Assembly (NCBI GenBank): GCA_913055645.1
Contig: CAJXLC010000003.1
Location: forward strand, 3,397 to 67,396
Source of the DNA: an uncultured Pseudomonadota bacterium
GTDB lineage: Bacteria; Pseudomonadota; Zetaproteobacteria; Mariprofundales; Mariprofundaceae
Direction: 5' to 3'
Length of the DNA: 64,000 nucleotides
The notes beneath the pieces are model-generated. The model was not told the origin of the DNA, searched no databases, and was given only the letters and a program-made list of their open reading frames with translations. This document shows, piece by piece, positions 56,336 to 64,000 of this stretch. How positions within the stretch are numbered: position 1 is the first letter of the stretch; every line of letters begins with the position of its first letter. The position numbers and the translations under genes were made by a program.

Positions 56336-58732
56336 TTATAGAAGCAAGTCCACCCACTGCAATGCAACATCACGTTTTCTTTTTAATACGGGTTTAAATT
56401 GACTTACTTTACCGTCTGATAATGACCATATAACGGCACCATTGGCAGTGTTCCAAACATCACTACCGACATCCCTATAGCGTTGTACCACATCATCTTT
56501 TGGAAAACCAAAATGATTATCTCTACCTGTTTGTGCGATAACAATGCTCGGTTGAACACGCTGAATCAATTTCGTTGTACTGGAGGTTCGACTACCGTGA
56601 TGCGGCATCAACATCAGTGTCTGCGGTTCTAATATTCCCATTTTTAGTAAAGCTTGCTCCACAGGCGTTTCCATATCCCCTGATAACAATATACGTTTGC
56701 CGCTCGCCATTTCTAGCGTACAAACCAAGGATGTATTGTTATCATTATCAGGTGCATAACCTGCTGGTGGCCATAAAACAGTCACCTTAACCTCGCCCAT
56801 CTGCAATACATCACCTTGCTTTAGCCAACGTACAATCCCACCTTGTTGCTGAATGCTTGCAACAGCCTTCCGCATCGCGTGATAATCATGGTTCGCAGGC
56901 ACATCTGCCAACCACAACTCAGATATATCACGCACAGAATCCAATAGCCGCAATACGCCGCCTGCATGATCTGATTGAGCATGGCTTAACATCAATACAT
57001 CAATATGTGTCAAGCCCAAGGCTCGTAATCCCGATGCAACCGTTGTGCCACCATTAAAACGACTACCTTTACGCCCGGGTACATCCACGACCAATACGTG
57101 AGCAGGTTTATTGGGAAGAACTTGAATCAAACTTGCCGCCGCCCCCTGCCCCACATCCCATGCAATAAAGCGCGATGTTGCGGGTGCATATTCACTAGCA
57201 GCAACATAACCATATAAAATTAGAACCCCGCTTATAAGCAGCATTGCAACCTTTTTTTGTTTACGAAGCCATAACCATGCACCCCATAGCATACCCAATA
57301 CGTAAAAAGCACCCCAAACAAGTGATATATCTGGCAGCCAAAGATTGCCACCTAGCCAAGTATGCATGCGCATCAATACGACATTGCCCATATCAATGCC
57401 ATAACCAGAGATCACCATCCATATTTCCGCCAAGCTATGAAGGTTCAACAATGCCGATATTTCACCCAATAATGCCCATGGTAAAACCCAGCCACCATAC
57501 AATGGTACGAGCAATAAATTTGCAGGTAAACTCCAAACAGGCAATCGTCGAAACACATCGGCAATCAGTGGTAATGTCGCCAAACTTGCAATCAAACTCA
57601 CAATGATAAGGCTCTTTATGTAACGCGATATATGATTTGATTTGGATTGAGATTCCTGTTCATCGCGATGCACAAAGAATACCAAAGCCAAGCTTGCCAC
57701 AAACGATAACCACAAAGATATGGATAACACTGCTGCTGCATCCCATAAAAGAATCAGCATTAAAGCCAATAACAACGTATTCACAGGCTGATATCGTGCC
57801 CGTAACCACCAAGCTAAAGCTGCAGCACCCAACATCAATGCCGCCCGCTGGGTGGGTAAAGGCCAACCTGCCAGTGTTGCATAAAAAATAGCGCACAATA
57901 CACCCGCAGCCAAACTACAATGGCGTACTGGAAAACGAACAATCCATGCTTCGCGACGTGTTAAAAGCCACCAACATAACATCGCTCCCCAAGCCGCCAC
58001 CATACCTACATGCAACCCAGAAATTGCCAATAAATGCGCCGCACCTGTTGCAGCAAAAGTTTCTTGGATTTGAATAGGAATATGATCTCGTTTCGCCAAA
58101 AGCAGCGCCTGCAACACCCCGCGTTGTGCAGCATTATTAGGTAACACAGCTTGAACCTTAGCACGCAAATGGTTCAACAAGCCTGTGTCCGAGTTTAAAA
58201 TATCAATCTTACCGCGCACACCACCTATCAAAGCAATATGCCTATCAAAACAGTAACCCTGATAATCAAAACCACCTGGGTTGTACCTATTCATAGGTGC
58301 TTTAAGCTTTGCCGTTAAACGAACAGATTGCCCAGCCTGTGGTAACACAGTTGCATGCCAAACATACACATCAACCTTACCAGCCAACACTTCACCATCA
58401 TGACGTTGAATATGCTTTAAGCGTAAACGTGTTGATGTTGCACTTGTACGGACTGCTTCGACATCTGCTTGTAACAACACATCTTGCCCAACCCAACTGG
58501 CATCATACATCATCTGCCTAGCATCATTAAGCAGCCAAATACCGCCCCAAAGTAAACCCAACAAGCCCCACAAACAAAAAAGGCGCTGCCAACGCAGAGC
58601 CCCAGCCACACAAAGTACAGTAAATAAAACAACATCAAGTTGCCATGGTACAACATCCATACGCGCCGCAGCCAAACCCAATACCCATGCCAGAGTTGGC
58701 ACAAAAAGCGGTATAGCGCGCAAGTCCAACAT
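56336..58732 (-). CDS. comEC: DNA internalisation competence protein ComEC/Rec2
   Basis: 798 aa. It has a polytopic competence domain and a C-terminal metallo-beta-lactamase domain (SHAQSDHAGG). Confidence 0.9.
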   Translation of the reverse strand: MLDLRAIPLFVPTLAWVLGLAAARMDVVPWQLDVVLFTVLCVAGALRWQRLFCLWGLLGLLWGGIWLLNDARQMMYDASWVGQDVLLQADVEAVRTSATSTRLRLKHIQRHDGEVLAGKVDVYVWHATVLPQAGQSVRLTAKLKAPMNRYNPGGFDYQGYCFDRHIALIGGVRGKIDILNSDTGLLNHLRAKVQAVLPNNAAQRGVLQALLLAKRDHIPIQIQETFAATGAAHLLAISGLHVGMVAAWGAMLCWWLLTRREAWIVRFPVRHCSLAAGVLCAIFYATLAGWPLPTQRAALMLGAAALAWWLRARYQPVNTLLLALMLILLWDAAAVLSISLWLSFVASLALVFFVHRDEQESQSKSNHISRYIKSLIIVSLIASLATLPLIADVFRRLPVWSLPANLLLVPLYGGWVLPWALLGEISALLNLHSLAEIWMVISGYGIDMGNVVLMRMHTWLGGNLWLPDISLVWGAFYVLGMLWGAWLWLRKQKKVAMLLISGVLILYGYVAASEYAPATSRFIAWDVGQGAAASLIQVLPNKPAHVLVVDVPGRKGSRFNGGTTVASGLRALGLTHIDVLMLSHAQSDHAGGVLRLLDSVRDISELWLADVPANHDYHAMRKAVASIQQQGGIVRWLKQGDVLQMGEVKVTVLWPPAGYAPDNDNNTSLVCTLEMASGKRILLSGDMETPVEQALLKMGILEPQTLMLMPHHGSRTSSTTKLIQRVQPSIVIAQTGRDNHFGFPKDDVVQRYRDVGSDVWNTANGAVIWSLSDGKVSQFKPVLKRKRDVALQWVDLLL

Positions 58733-59823
58733 TACATATGTTTAGGGTAGTGAAGTTTTCCACGAATCATCATATCATCACCCAGTTTTCGCCGCTGAAT
58801 ATCCTGCAAATGCACCGCATCTTTCATGTGAGATATACCCAAACCATGCCAAAAATTCACCGATTCTTTACCACCAATCAATAAAGGTGCTTGATAGAGC
58901 AATAACTCATTGGAACATTGATTCTCCAAACAAGCAGCATGCAATTGCCCGCCACCTTCCAACATCACTTGCAGACATCCATCATCCGCCAAATGCTTAA
59001 GGGCAGCTTGCAAATCAGGCACTTCCAGCACATCCATACCAGCCTCTTGCCACAGCTTGGTATGCTGATTATTGGCATAAACATACATACGTGATGGGGC
59101 TTCATGACTTAACAACTTACATTCAGGAAAAAAATCAGGTGTTTGTTTTGCAATCACCACCCTCAATGGATGCTCTCCTTTTAACCGTGCATCACGCACC
59201 GTAAGCGATGGGTTATCATCTTTTAGCGTACCTGCACCCACCACGATTGCATCACTCATCGCCCGCACTTGATGTGCATGTTTGCGTGCTTTTTCACCTG
59301 TAATCCATTGTGAATCATGGTTGCGTGTAGCCAACTTACCATCCAATGAAATTGCAGCCTTGGCAATCACATACGGCATGCCCGTTTTCATATAATGAAA
59401 GAAGGCCACATTCAAAGCATCAGATTCATCTGCCATCACGCCACCAAGCACATCAATGCCTTGGGCTTGCAAAAACTGCGAGCCTCCCGCCATATCAGGG
59501 TTGGGATCAGCTGAGGCAAATACCACACGTGTAATCCCAGCCTTTAATATAGCTTCTGTACAAGGCGGTGTTCGACCATGCCCAGCACATGGCTCCAGCG
59601 TAACATATATCGAACCGCCCACAGCTTGCTCACCAGCAGCTTGCAATGCATTCACTTCAGCATGTGCTTCACCTGCTTTATGATGCCAGCCTTCCCCAAC
59701 AATCTTTCCATGATTTACAACCACTGCGCCCACACGAGGATTGGGATGTGTGCGACCGACACCTTTTTTCGCAAGCTTGATGGCACGCGTCATATAACAG
59801 CCGTTTATATTTACATTCGTCAT
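58732..59823 (-). CDS. ribD: Bifunctional riboflavin biosynthesis deaminase/reductase RibD
   Basis: It has the deaminase motifs HAEVNAL and TLEPC..PPC, plus a reductase C-terminal half. It overlaps comEC by 1 nt. Confidence 0.93.
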   Translation of the reverse strand: MTNVNINGCYMTRAIKLAKKGVGRTHPNPRVGAVVVNHGKIVGEGWHHKAGEAHAEVNALQAAGEQAVGGSIYVTLEPCAGHGRTPPCTEAILKAGITRVVFASADPNPDMAGGSQFLQAQGIDVLGGVMADESDALNVAFFHYMKTGMPYVIAKAAISLDGKLATRNHDSQWITGEKARKHAHQVRAMSDAIVVGAGTLKDDNPSLTVRDARLKGEHPLRVVIAKQTPDFFPECKLLSHEAPSRMYVYANNQHTKLWQEAGMDVLEVPDLQAALKHLADDGCLQVMLEGGGQLHAACLENQCSNELLLYQAPLLIGGKESVNFWHGLGISHMKDAVHLQDIQRRKLGDDMMIRGKLHYPKHM

Positions 59824-59876
59824 GATGTGAGCATGTCAGGCTTGCACCTGTAAATCAAGATGCGCATGATAGCTGC

Positions 59877-60641
59877 ATGTTAATTGTTATTTCGCCTGCC
59901 AAAAAACTTGATATGGATGCAAAAGTACCCTTCTCTATCCATAGCCAACCTGAATCATTGCAACAATCTCAAATACTTATTGATGCTTTACGTGAAAAAG
60001 ACAGCTTTGATATTGCCGAATTGATGAAACTCTCCATGAAACTTGCCGATTTGAATGTTGCGCGCTATCAAGCATGGCAAACGCCTTTCACAATCGATAA
60101 TGCCAAGCAAGCTTTATGGGCATTTCGTGGTGATGTCTATCAAGGTATGGATGCTGATAGTTTTAGTGATGATGATGTAAACTTTGCACAGGCTCATCTG
60201 CGAATTTTATCAGGATTATACGGGATTTTGCGCCCCCTTGATTTGATGCAAGCTTATCGTTTGGAGATGGGAACAAAGTTTCACAATATTCGTGGTAAAA
60301 ACCTGTATGAATTTTGGGGCAATCTCATTACCGAACATATCAACGCTGCTTTAAAGGCTCAAGGTGATGATATTCTAATCAATCTAGCATCCCAAGAATA
60401 TTTCAAATCTATTAACCCAAAAAACTTAAACGGGCAAATCATCACACCGACCTTTAAAGAGCAAAAAAATGGACAATACAAAGTTATTGGTATTTATGCC
60501 AAACGTGCGCGTGGACTAATGAGCCGTTATATTATTCAGAACCGTTTAACTAGCCCTGATGAGTTACGTAGCTTTGATGTCGATGGTTATCACTGGAACG
60601 CTGAACTCTCCGATTCCAAACAGTTGGTGTTTACACGCTAA
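59877..60641 (+). CDS. yaaA: Peroxide stress protein YaaA (UPF0246/DUF328)
   Basis: It begins MLIVISPAKKLD and is 254 aa. Confidence 0.9.
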   Translation: MLIVISPAKKLDMDAKVPFSIHSQPESLQQSQILIDALREKDSFDIAELMKLSMKLADLNVARYQAWQTPFTIDNAKQALWAFRGDVYQGMDADSFSDDDVNFAQAHLRILSGLYGILRPLDLMQAYRLEMGTKFHNIRGKNLYEFWGNLITEHINAALKAQGDDILINLASQEYFKSINPKNLNGQIITPTFKEQKNGQYKVIGIYAKRARGLMSRYIIQNRLTSPDELRSFDVDGYHWNAELSDSKQLVFTR

Positions 60642-60692
60642 TCTTTGCCGTTAAGCTGCCGCGCTAAATGACTTGTATTTTAAGGATTTTCC

Positions 60693-60977
60693 ATGACAAC
60701 ACCTGATGACTTAACCGTAGATTATGAAGAAGGCGGCATTCTTACCACCAAACAGCTGGATAAAGTTATTCTAAGTAAAGGTGCTTGGACAACCATCATT
60801 TTTCGTTACCAAACATGGGTAAAAGCCGATCAAGAATATAGTGCAGACAAGTATATTATTCGTCGTTACCAAAAACGTGATGGCAAATACACACCGCGCT
60901 CAAAATTCAATATCACCAATGCCAAACAAGCCAAAATGATTATCGCAGCACTGGAAGGTTGGATAGACGAAAAGTAA
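60693..60977 (+). CDS. Hypothetical small protein
   Basis: 94-aa ORF with coding-like composition. I recognise no family. Confidence 0.5.
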   Translation: MTTPDDLTVDYEEGGILTTKQLDKVILSKGAWTTIIFRYQTWVKADQEYSADKYIIRRYQKRDGKYTPRSKFNITNAKQAKMIIAALEGWIDEK

Positions 60978-60980
60978 TCG

Positions 60981-61001
60981 CATGGGGCAATCTGCCCCAT
61001 G
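60981..61001. terminator. Bidirectional terminator hairpin between convergent genes
   Basis: CATGGGGCA-ATC-TGCCCCATG is a perfect 9-bp stem, followed by TTTGTT on the plus strand. Confidence 0.65.
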
Positions 61002-61011
61002 TTTGTTAGAA

Positions 61012-62100
61012 TTACTGTTCAAATAACCTTGTAAAGGCTGAAAAACCTTCTTCCTGAAGTTTGTTTGCAGGAATAAAACGCAGTGATGCGGAGTTGATGC
61101 AATAGCGTAAGCCTGTCGGCTCAGGACCATCATTAAATACATGCCCCAAGTGAGAGTTGCCTTTTTTACTACGCAATTCTGTGCGCGTATAAAACAAACC
61201 CTTATCCTCTTTTTCTACAATATTTGAAGCTACCAATGGACGTGTAAAACTTGGCCATCCTGTACCTGACTTGAATTTATCTTTTGAACTAAACAATGGC
61301 TCACCTGATACAATATCCACATAAATACCTGCCTCTTTATTATCCCAATAGGCATTTTTAAATGGTGGTTCGGTGCCTTCTTCTTGTGTTACTTTATACT
61401 GCAAAGGTGTTAGTTTTTCTTTTAAATCTTCCTTGGACATCGCTTCATGACGGTTCTTGCCCCAGACACTATCCAAATAATCATCACGTCCTGAACCACG
61501 GCGATAATACCAATAACGTACAGGGCTCTTTTTGTAAAAATCCTGATGATAATCTTCCGCCGCATAAAAAGTTTGCGCTGGTTTAATCGGTGTCACAATC
61601 GGCTTATCAAATTTCTTGCTTTCAATTAACGCCTCTTTGGATGCTTCTGCTAAACGTTTTTGCTCATCATTAAAGTAAAAAATACCTGTTGTATAGGCAT
61701 AACCACGATCCACAAACTGGCCACCATCATCGCTCGGGTTAATTTGATGCCAAAATACATCCAGCAATTTTTCATAGCTCACCAAACCGGGGTTAAATGT
61801 AACTTCAACAGCTTCAAGATGCCCGCCCGCCCTATAGTTTTGATAAGTTGGATTTTTGGATGTTCCCGTTGTATAACCAGATACCACAGATAACACACCT
61901 GGAATATGTTCAAAAGGCTTTTCCATGCACCAAAAACATCCACCTGCAAATATCGCCTTTGAAATAGTCTGTGACATATTGCTATCCTCCTGCATTATCA
62001 TATCTGTATTCTTTTCTGCTTGAACCTGCAATGGCATAAACAATAATGCCATGAGAATGAGTGAGCCTGCTGCCATGATTTGTTGCACTGATTTCAACAT
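61012..62100 (-). CDS. msrAB: Secreted bifunctional methionine sulfoxide reductase MsrA-MsrB fusion
   Basis: It has a signal peptide ending QVQA, the MsrA motif GGCFWCME and the MsrB motif RYCINSASL. Confidence 0.92.
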   Translation of the reverse strand: MLKSVQQIMAAGSLILMALLFMPLQVQAEKNTDMIMQEDSNMSQTISKAIFAGGCFWCMEKPFEHIPGVLSVVSGYTTGTSKNPTYQNYRAGGHLEAVEVTFNPGLVSYEKLLDVFWHQINPSDDGGQFVDRGYAYTTGIFYFNDEQKRLAEASKEALIESKKFDKPIVTPIKPAQTFYAAEDYHQDFYKKSPVRYWYYRRGSGRDDYLDSVWGKNRHEAMSKEDLKEKLTPLQYKVTQEEGTEPPFKNAYWDNKEAGIYVDIVSGEPLFSSKDKFKSGTGWPSFTRPLVASNIVEKEDKGLFYTRTELRSKKGNSHLGHVFNDGPEPTGLRYCINSASLRFIPANKLQEEGFSAFTRLFEQ

Positions 62101-62203
62101 ATTTACTTAACCTCTTACCTTCTAAGATAGAAGTCAGAATATTGCATAATATTCACACAATCATCTCAAACTTATTACAATTGTATCACAAGTAAGAAAA
62201 TAC

Positions 62204-63664
62204 TTATAAAATAATAAGCTTAAAAGTAAAGCGTGTGCCTTCACCTTCAACGCTACTCACTTCAATACTGCTATGGTGCAACTCAATAATACGCTTCACA
62301 ATTGCCAAACCTAACCCTGCATGTTCACCACCACGATGTGCATTATTCACTTGATACAAAGGTTCAAAAATCTTACCCAATGCATCATTTGCAATGCCAC
62401 ATCCTGTATCCACAACAGATATAGAAACATGCTTTCCATCAGCTTGCAGTACAATACTAATATTATCACCTTGTTGTACATGGCGCAGCGCATTACCAAT
62501 AAGATTTTCAAATACGCGCTGAATCAAAGCAATATCACCTTGTACAAAAGCAAAATCAGTGTCCCCTTGCATGCTTAGAGTGATGCCCAACTGCTCAGCA
62601 TTGGCTTCAAACTGTTGCAAAATATCTTGCACCAATTCGGGCAAAGAAAATGCTTCAATACAAGGTGCCGCATCCAAGGTATCCAGTTTTGCCATTTCAA
62701 ACAACTCATCCACCAAATCTTTTAATCGATTACTAAATTGTATGGCTCTAAGCGTGTACTCATCACGCTTTGTTTTATCTAAATCATCAGTTTTGATTTG
62801 CAAAGTTTCCAAATAACCATGCAATGCTGCCAGTGGCGTACGCAAGTCATGCGAAAGGCTGGCAAATAAATCTCTACGTTTGCCATCCTGCTCAGAAATC
62901 TTCTGAAATTGTTGTACCGTTTGCTTCGCCATCAATGCCACATTTCTCTCCAGTTGGCTTAACTCATCCGAACCTTTGATGAACTCAAAATCAGGCAATG
63001 ATTTAAATTCACTCTGACGAAACATATCCACTTGTTTGGATAGTTTGCGCAAACGTCTGGTAATCGGATAAAAGACCAGTAGCCCAACCAATAAGCCAAT
63101 CAATAAAGCAACACCCACCACCCAAGCGCCAAGGTGTAGCAATGCTTTATCGCGTGCCAATTGCTCCACTTGATCATATTGCTCACCCCTTAAAATCACG
63201 TACAAATAACCGCTGGGGTTCTTTACCATCGGGATGGGTGTGACAGAAAATACCTTTTCCCTGTTTTCTGCCCTTGGGTCATCACCGAGCAAAGGAAACA
63301 TCGCATCACCTTTTAAAAAGGTGCGAATGGGTTTGAGTGAAACATGGGTTCGATGTACTTTCCCGGAGTCTGCTGAATAAGATAAAATTTTCCCGTTTAA
63401 ATCCAATAAATAAATTTCAATACTCGGATTTACATTCATATATGCCATAAACATGGCTTTTAGTGCCTGTTTATTAAGCTCATTTTCTTGTACAAGATTG
63501 CGTTCTGCCACCAATACTTTCGCCAAATCACGATTCAACGTTTGTTCAGTATATTGCGTGTTTTTATGTACAGTTGTCACCATGAAAATAGCATAAATCA
63601 AACCGACTAAACCCAATGCAAGCGTTAGTGCCAGAGCCAACCTTGCATACAGGCTATGCATCAT
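62204..63664 (-). CDS. Two-component sensor histidine kinase (TM-periplasmic-TM-HAMP-HisKA-HATPase)
   Basis: It has SHDLRTPL, DTGCGI and GLGLAIV. The start at ATG 63664 overlaps the regulator stop (ATGA). Confidence 0.88.
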   Translation of the reverse strand: MMHSLYARLALALTLALGLVGLIYAIFMVTTVHKNTQYTEQTLNRDLAKVLVAERNLVQENELNKQALKAMFMAYMNVNPSIEIYLLDLNGKILSYSADSGKVHRTHVSLKPIRTFLKGDAMFPLLGDDPRAENREKVFSVTPIPMVKNPSGYLYVILRGEQYDQVEQLARDKALLHLGAWVVGVALLIGLLVGLLVFYPITRRLRKLSKQVDMFRQSEFKSLPDFEFIKGSDELSQLERNVALMAKQTVQQFQKISEQDGKRRDLFASLSHDLRTPLAALHGYLETLQIKTDDLDKTKRDEYTLRAIQFSNRLKDLVDELFEMAKLDTLDAAPCIEAFSLPELVQDILQQFEANAEQLGITLSMQGDTDFAFVQGDIALIQRVFENLIGNALRHVQQGDNISIVLQADGKHVSISVVDTGCGIANDALGKIFEPLYQVNNAHRGGEHAGLGLAIVKRIIELHHSSIEVSSVEGEGTRFTFKLIIL

Positions 63665-64000
63665 GATTGACCACCAAATTTGTAACCCACACCCCATACG
63701 GTGAGAATATAAAAAGGTTTGGCAGGATTTTGTTCAATCTTTATGCGTAAGCGATTGATATGGGTGTTCACCGTATGGTCATAACCTTCAAATTGATAAC
63801 CCCAGACATGATCCAATAATTGTGTGCGATTGAATACCTGCCCCGGATGCTTGGCAAAATAAACCAACAAATCAAATTCTTTGGCTGTCAGCTCAATATG
63901 TTTACCTGCAATACTGACTTGGCGTTTGCCCAAACAAATAGACATATCACCCAGATGAATATCATCCACTTCATCCATCACCCTAGCTTGACCCAATGCC
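63661..64000 (-). CDS. OmpR/PhoB-family response regulator, C-terminal part only (gene runs off the right edge)
   Basis: It has a winged-helix DNA-binding domain: LTAKEFDLLVYFAKHPGQVF...LLDHVWGY...TVWGVGYKF. Confidence 0.85.
   Translation of the reverse strand, partial: ALGQARVMDEVDDIHLGDMSICLGKRQVSIAGKHIELTAKEFDLLVYFAKHPGQVFNRTQLLDHVWGYQFEGYDHTVNTHINRLRIKIEQNPAKPFYILTVWGVGYKFGGQS

Noticed and set aside
1-64000. Prophage, integrative element, IS or known defence island
   Set aside because: No integrase, transposase, recombinase, capsid or tail genes, restriction-modification, toxin-antitoxin or cas-like ORF is recognisable in any frame. The only mobility-like signals are the noncoding repeats reported above.

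Overview
The window is a dense region of about 60 protein genes plus a three-tRNA array. It reads as core chromosome of a Gram-negative proteobacterium: Lol, ExbBD and ComEC are present, and the tRNA order Gly(GCC)-Cys(GCA)-Leu(UAA) matches the E. coli glyW-cysT-leuZ order. Hand-counted samples give roughly low-to-mid 40s % G+C.

Recognisable content, left to right:
- TPR protein (partial), lolC/E, an ArsB/NhaD permease with a CBS protein, lysS, ndk, mnmA, the tRNA array, and a ClC channel.
- rnd, a DJ-1 protein, DUF924, trmB, a DUF4438-like ORF, a retropepsin-like protease and a C-N hydrolase.
- A MASE-type hybrid kinase, TauE, and two Dpp/Opp-type ATPases.
- uvrB overlapping a SWIM+SNF2 helicase, then cimA and DUF2132.
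- A PstS-like binding protein with a Cache hybrid kinase, an ABC-F ATPase, DUF167, DUF1841 and small ORFs.
- An AddB(Fe-S)/AddA-type nuclease-helicase pair with a DUF945 protein, then ribE-ribBA-ribH-nusB-yjgA.
- thiO-like oxidase, hpnC-hpnD-hpnE, pepA, and a stand-alone receiver protein.
- exbB-exbD-lysC-def-fmt, ribD-comEC, yaaA, secreted msrAB, and an OmpR-type two-component pair.

I see no transposase, integrase, phage genes, CRISPR-cas or recognisable defence genes. I cannot support a discrete new multi-gene system here. The unexplained signal is mostly noncoding or architectural:
1. A modular family of intergenic inverted-repeat elements at four loci. One looks like a MITE with terminal inverted repeats and a TTTAA duplication inserted exactly at the cimA stop.
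2. A perfect (GCCACA)x9 microsatellite that encodes the first transmembrane helix of a sensor kinase.
3. A 72-bp tandem duplication carrying an 11-bp perfect palindrome, upstream of the AddAB-like operon.
4. A DnaA-box cluster with an AT-rich tract in the largest noncoding gap.
5. A ClC gene next to tRNA-Leu that is GC-shifted and bracketed by repeats.
6. Several unusually tight gene couplings: uvrB with SWIM/SNF2, rnd with an orphan ORF, AddA with DUF945, and exbBD-lysC-def-fmt.

All family assignments come from motif recognition by eye. No database search was run.
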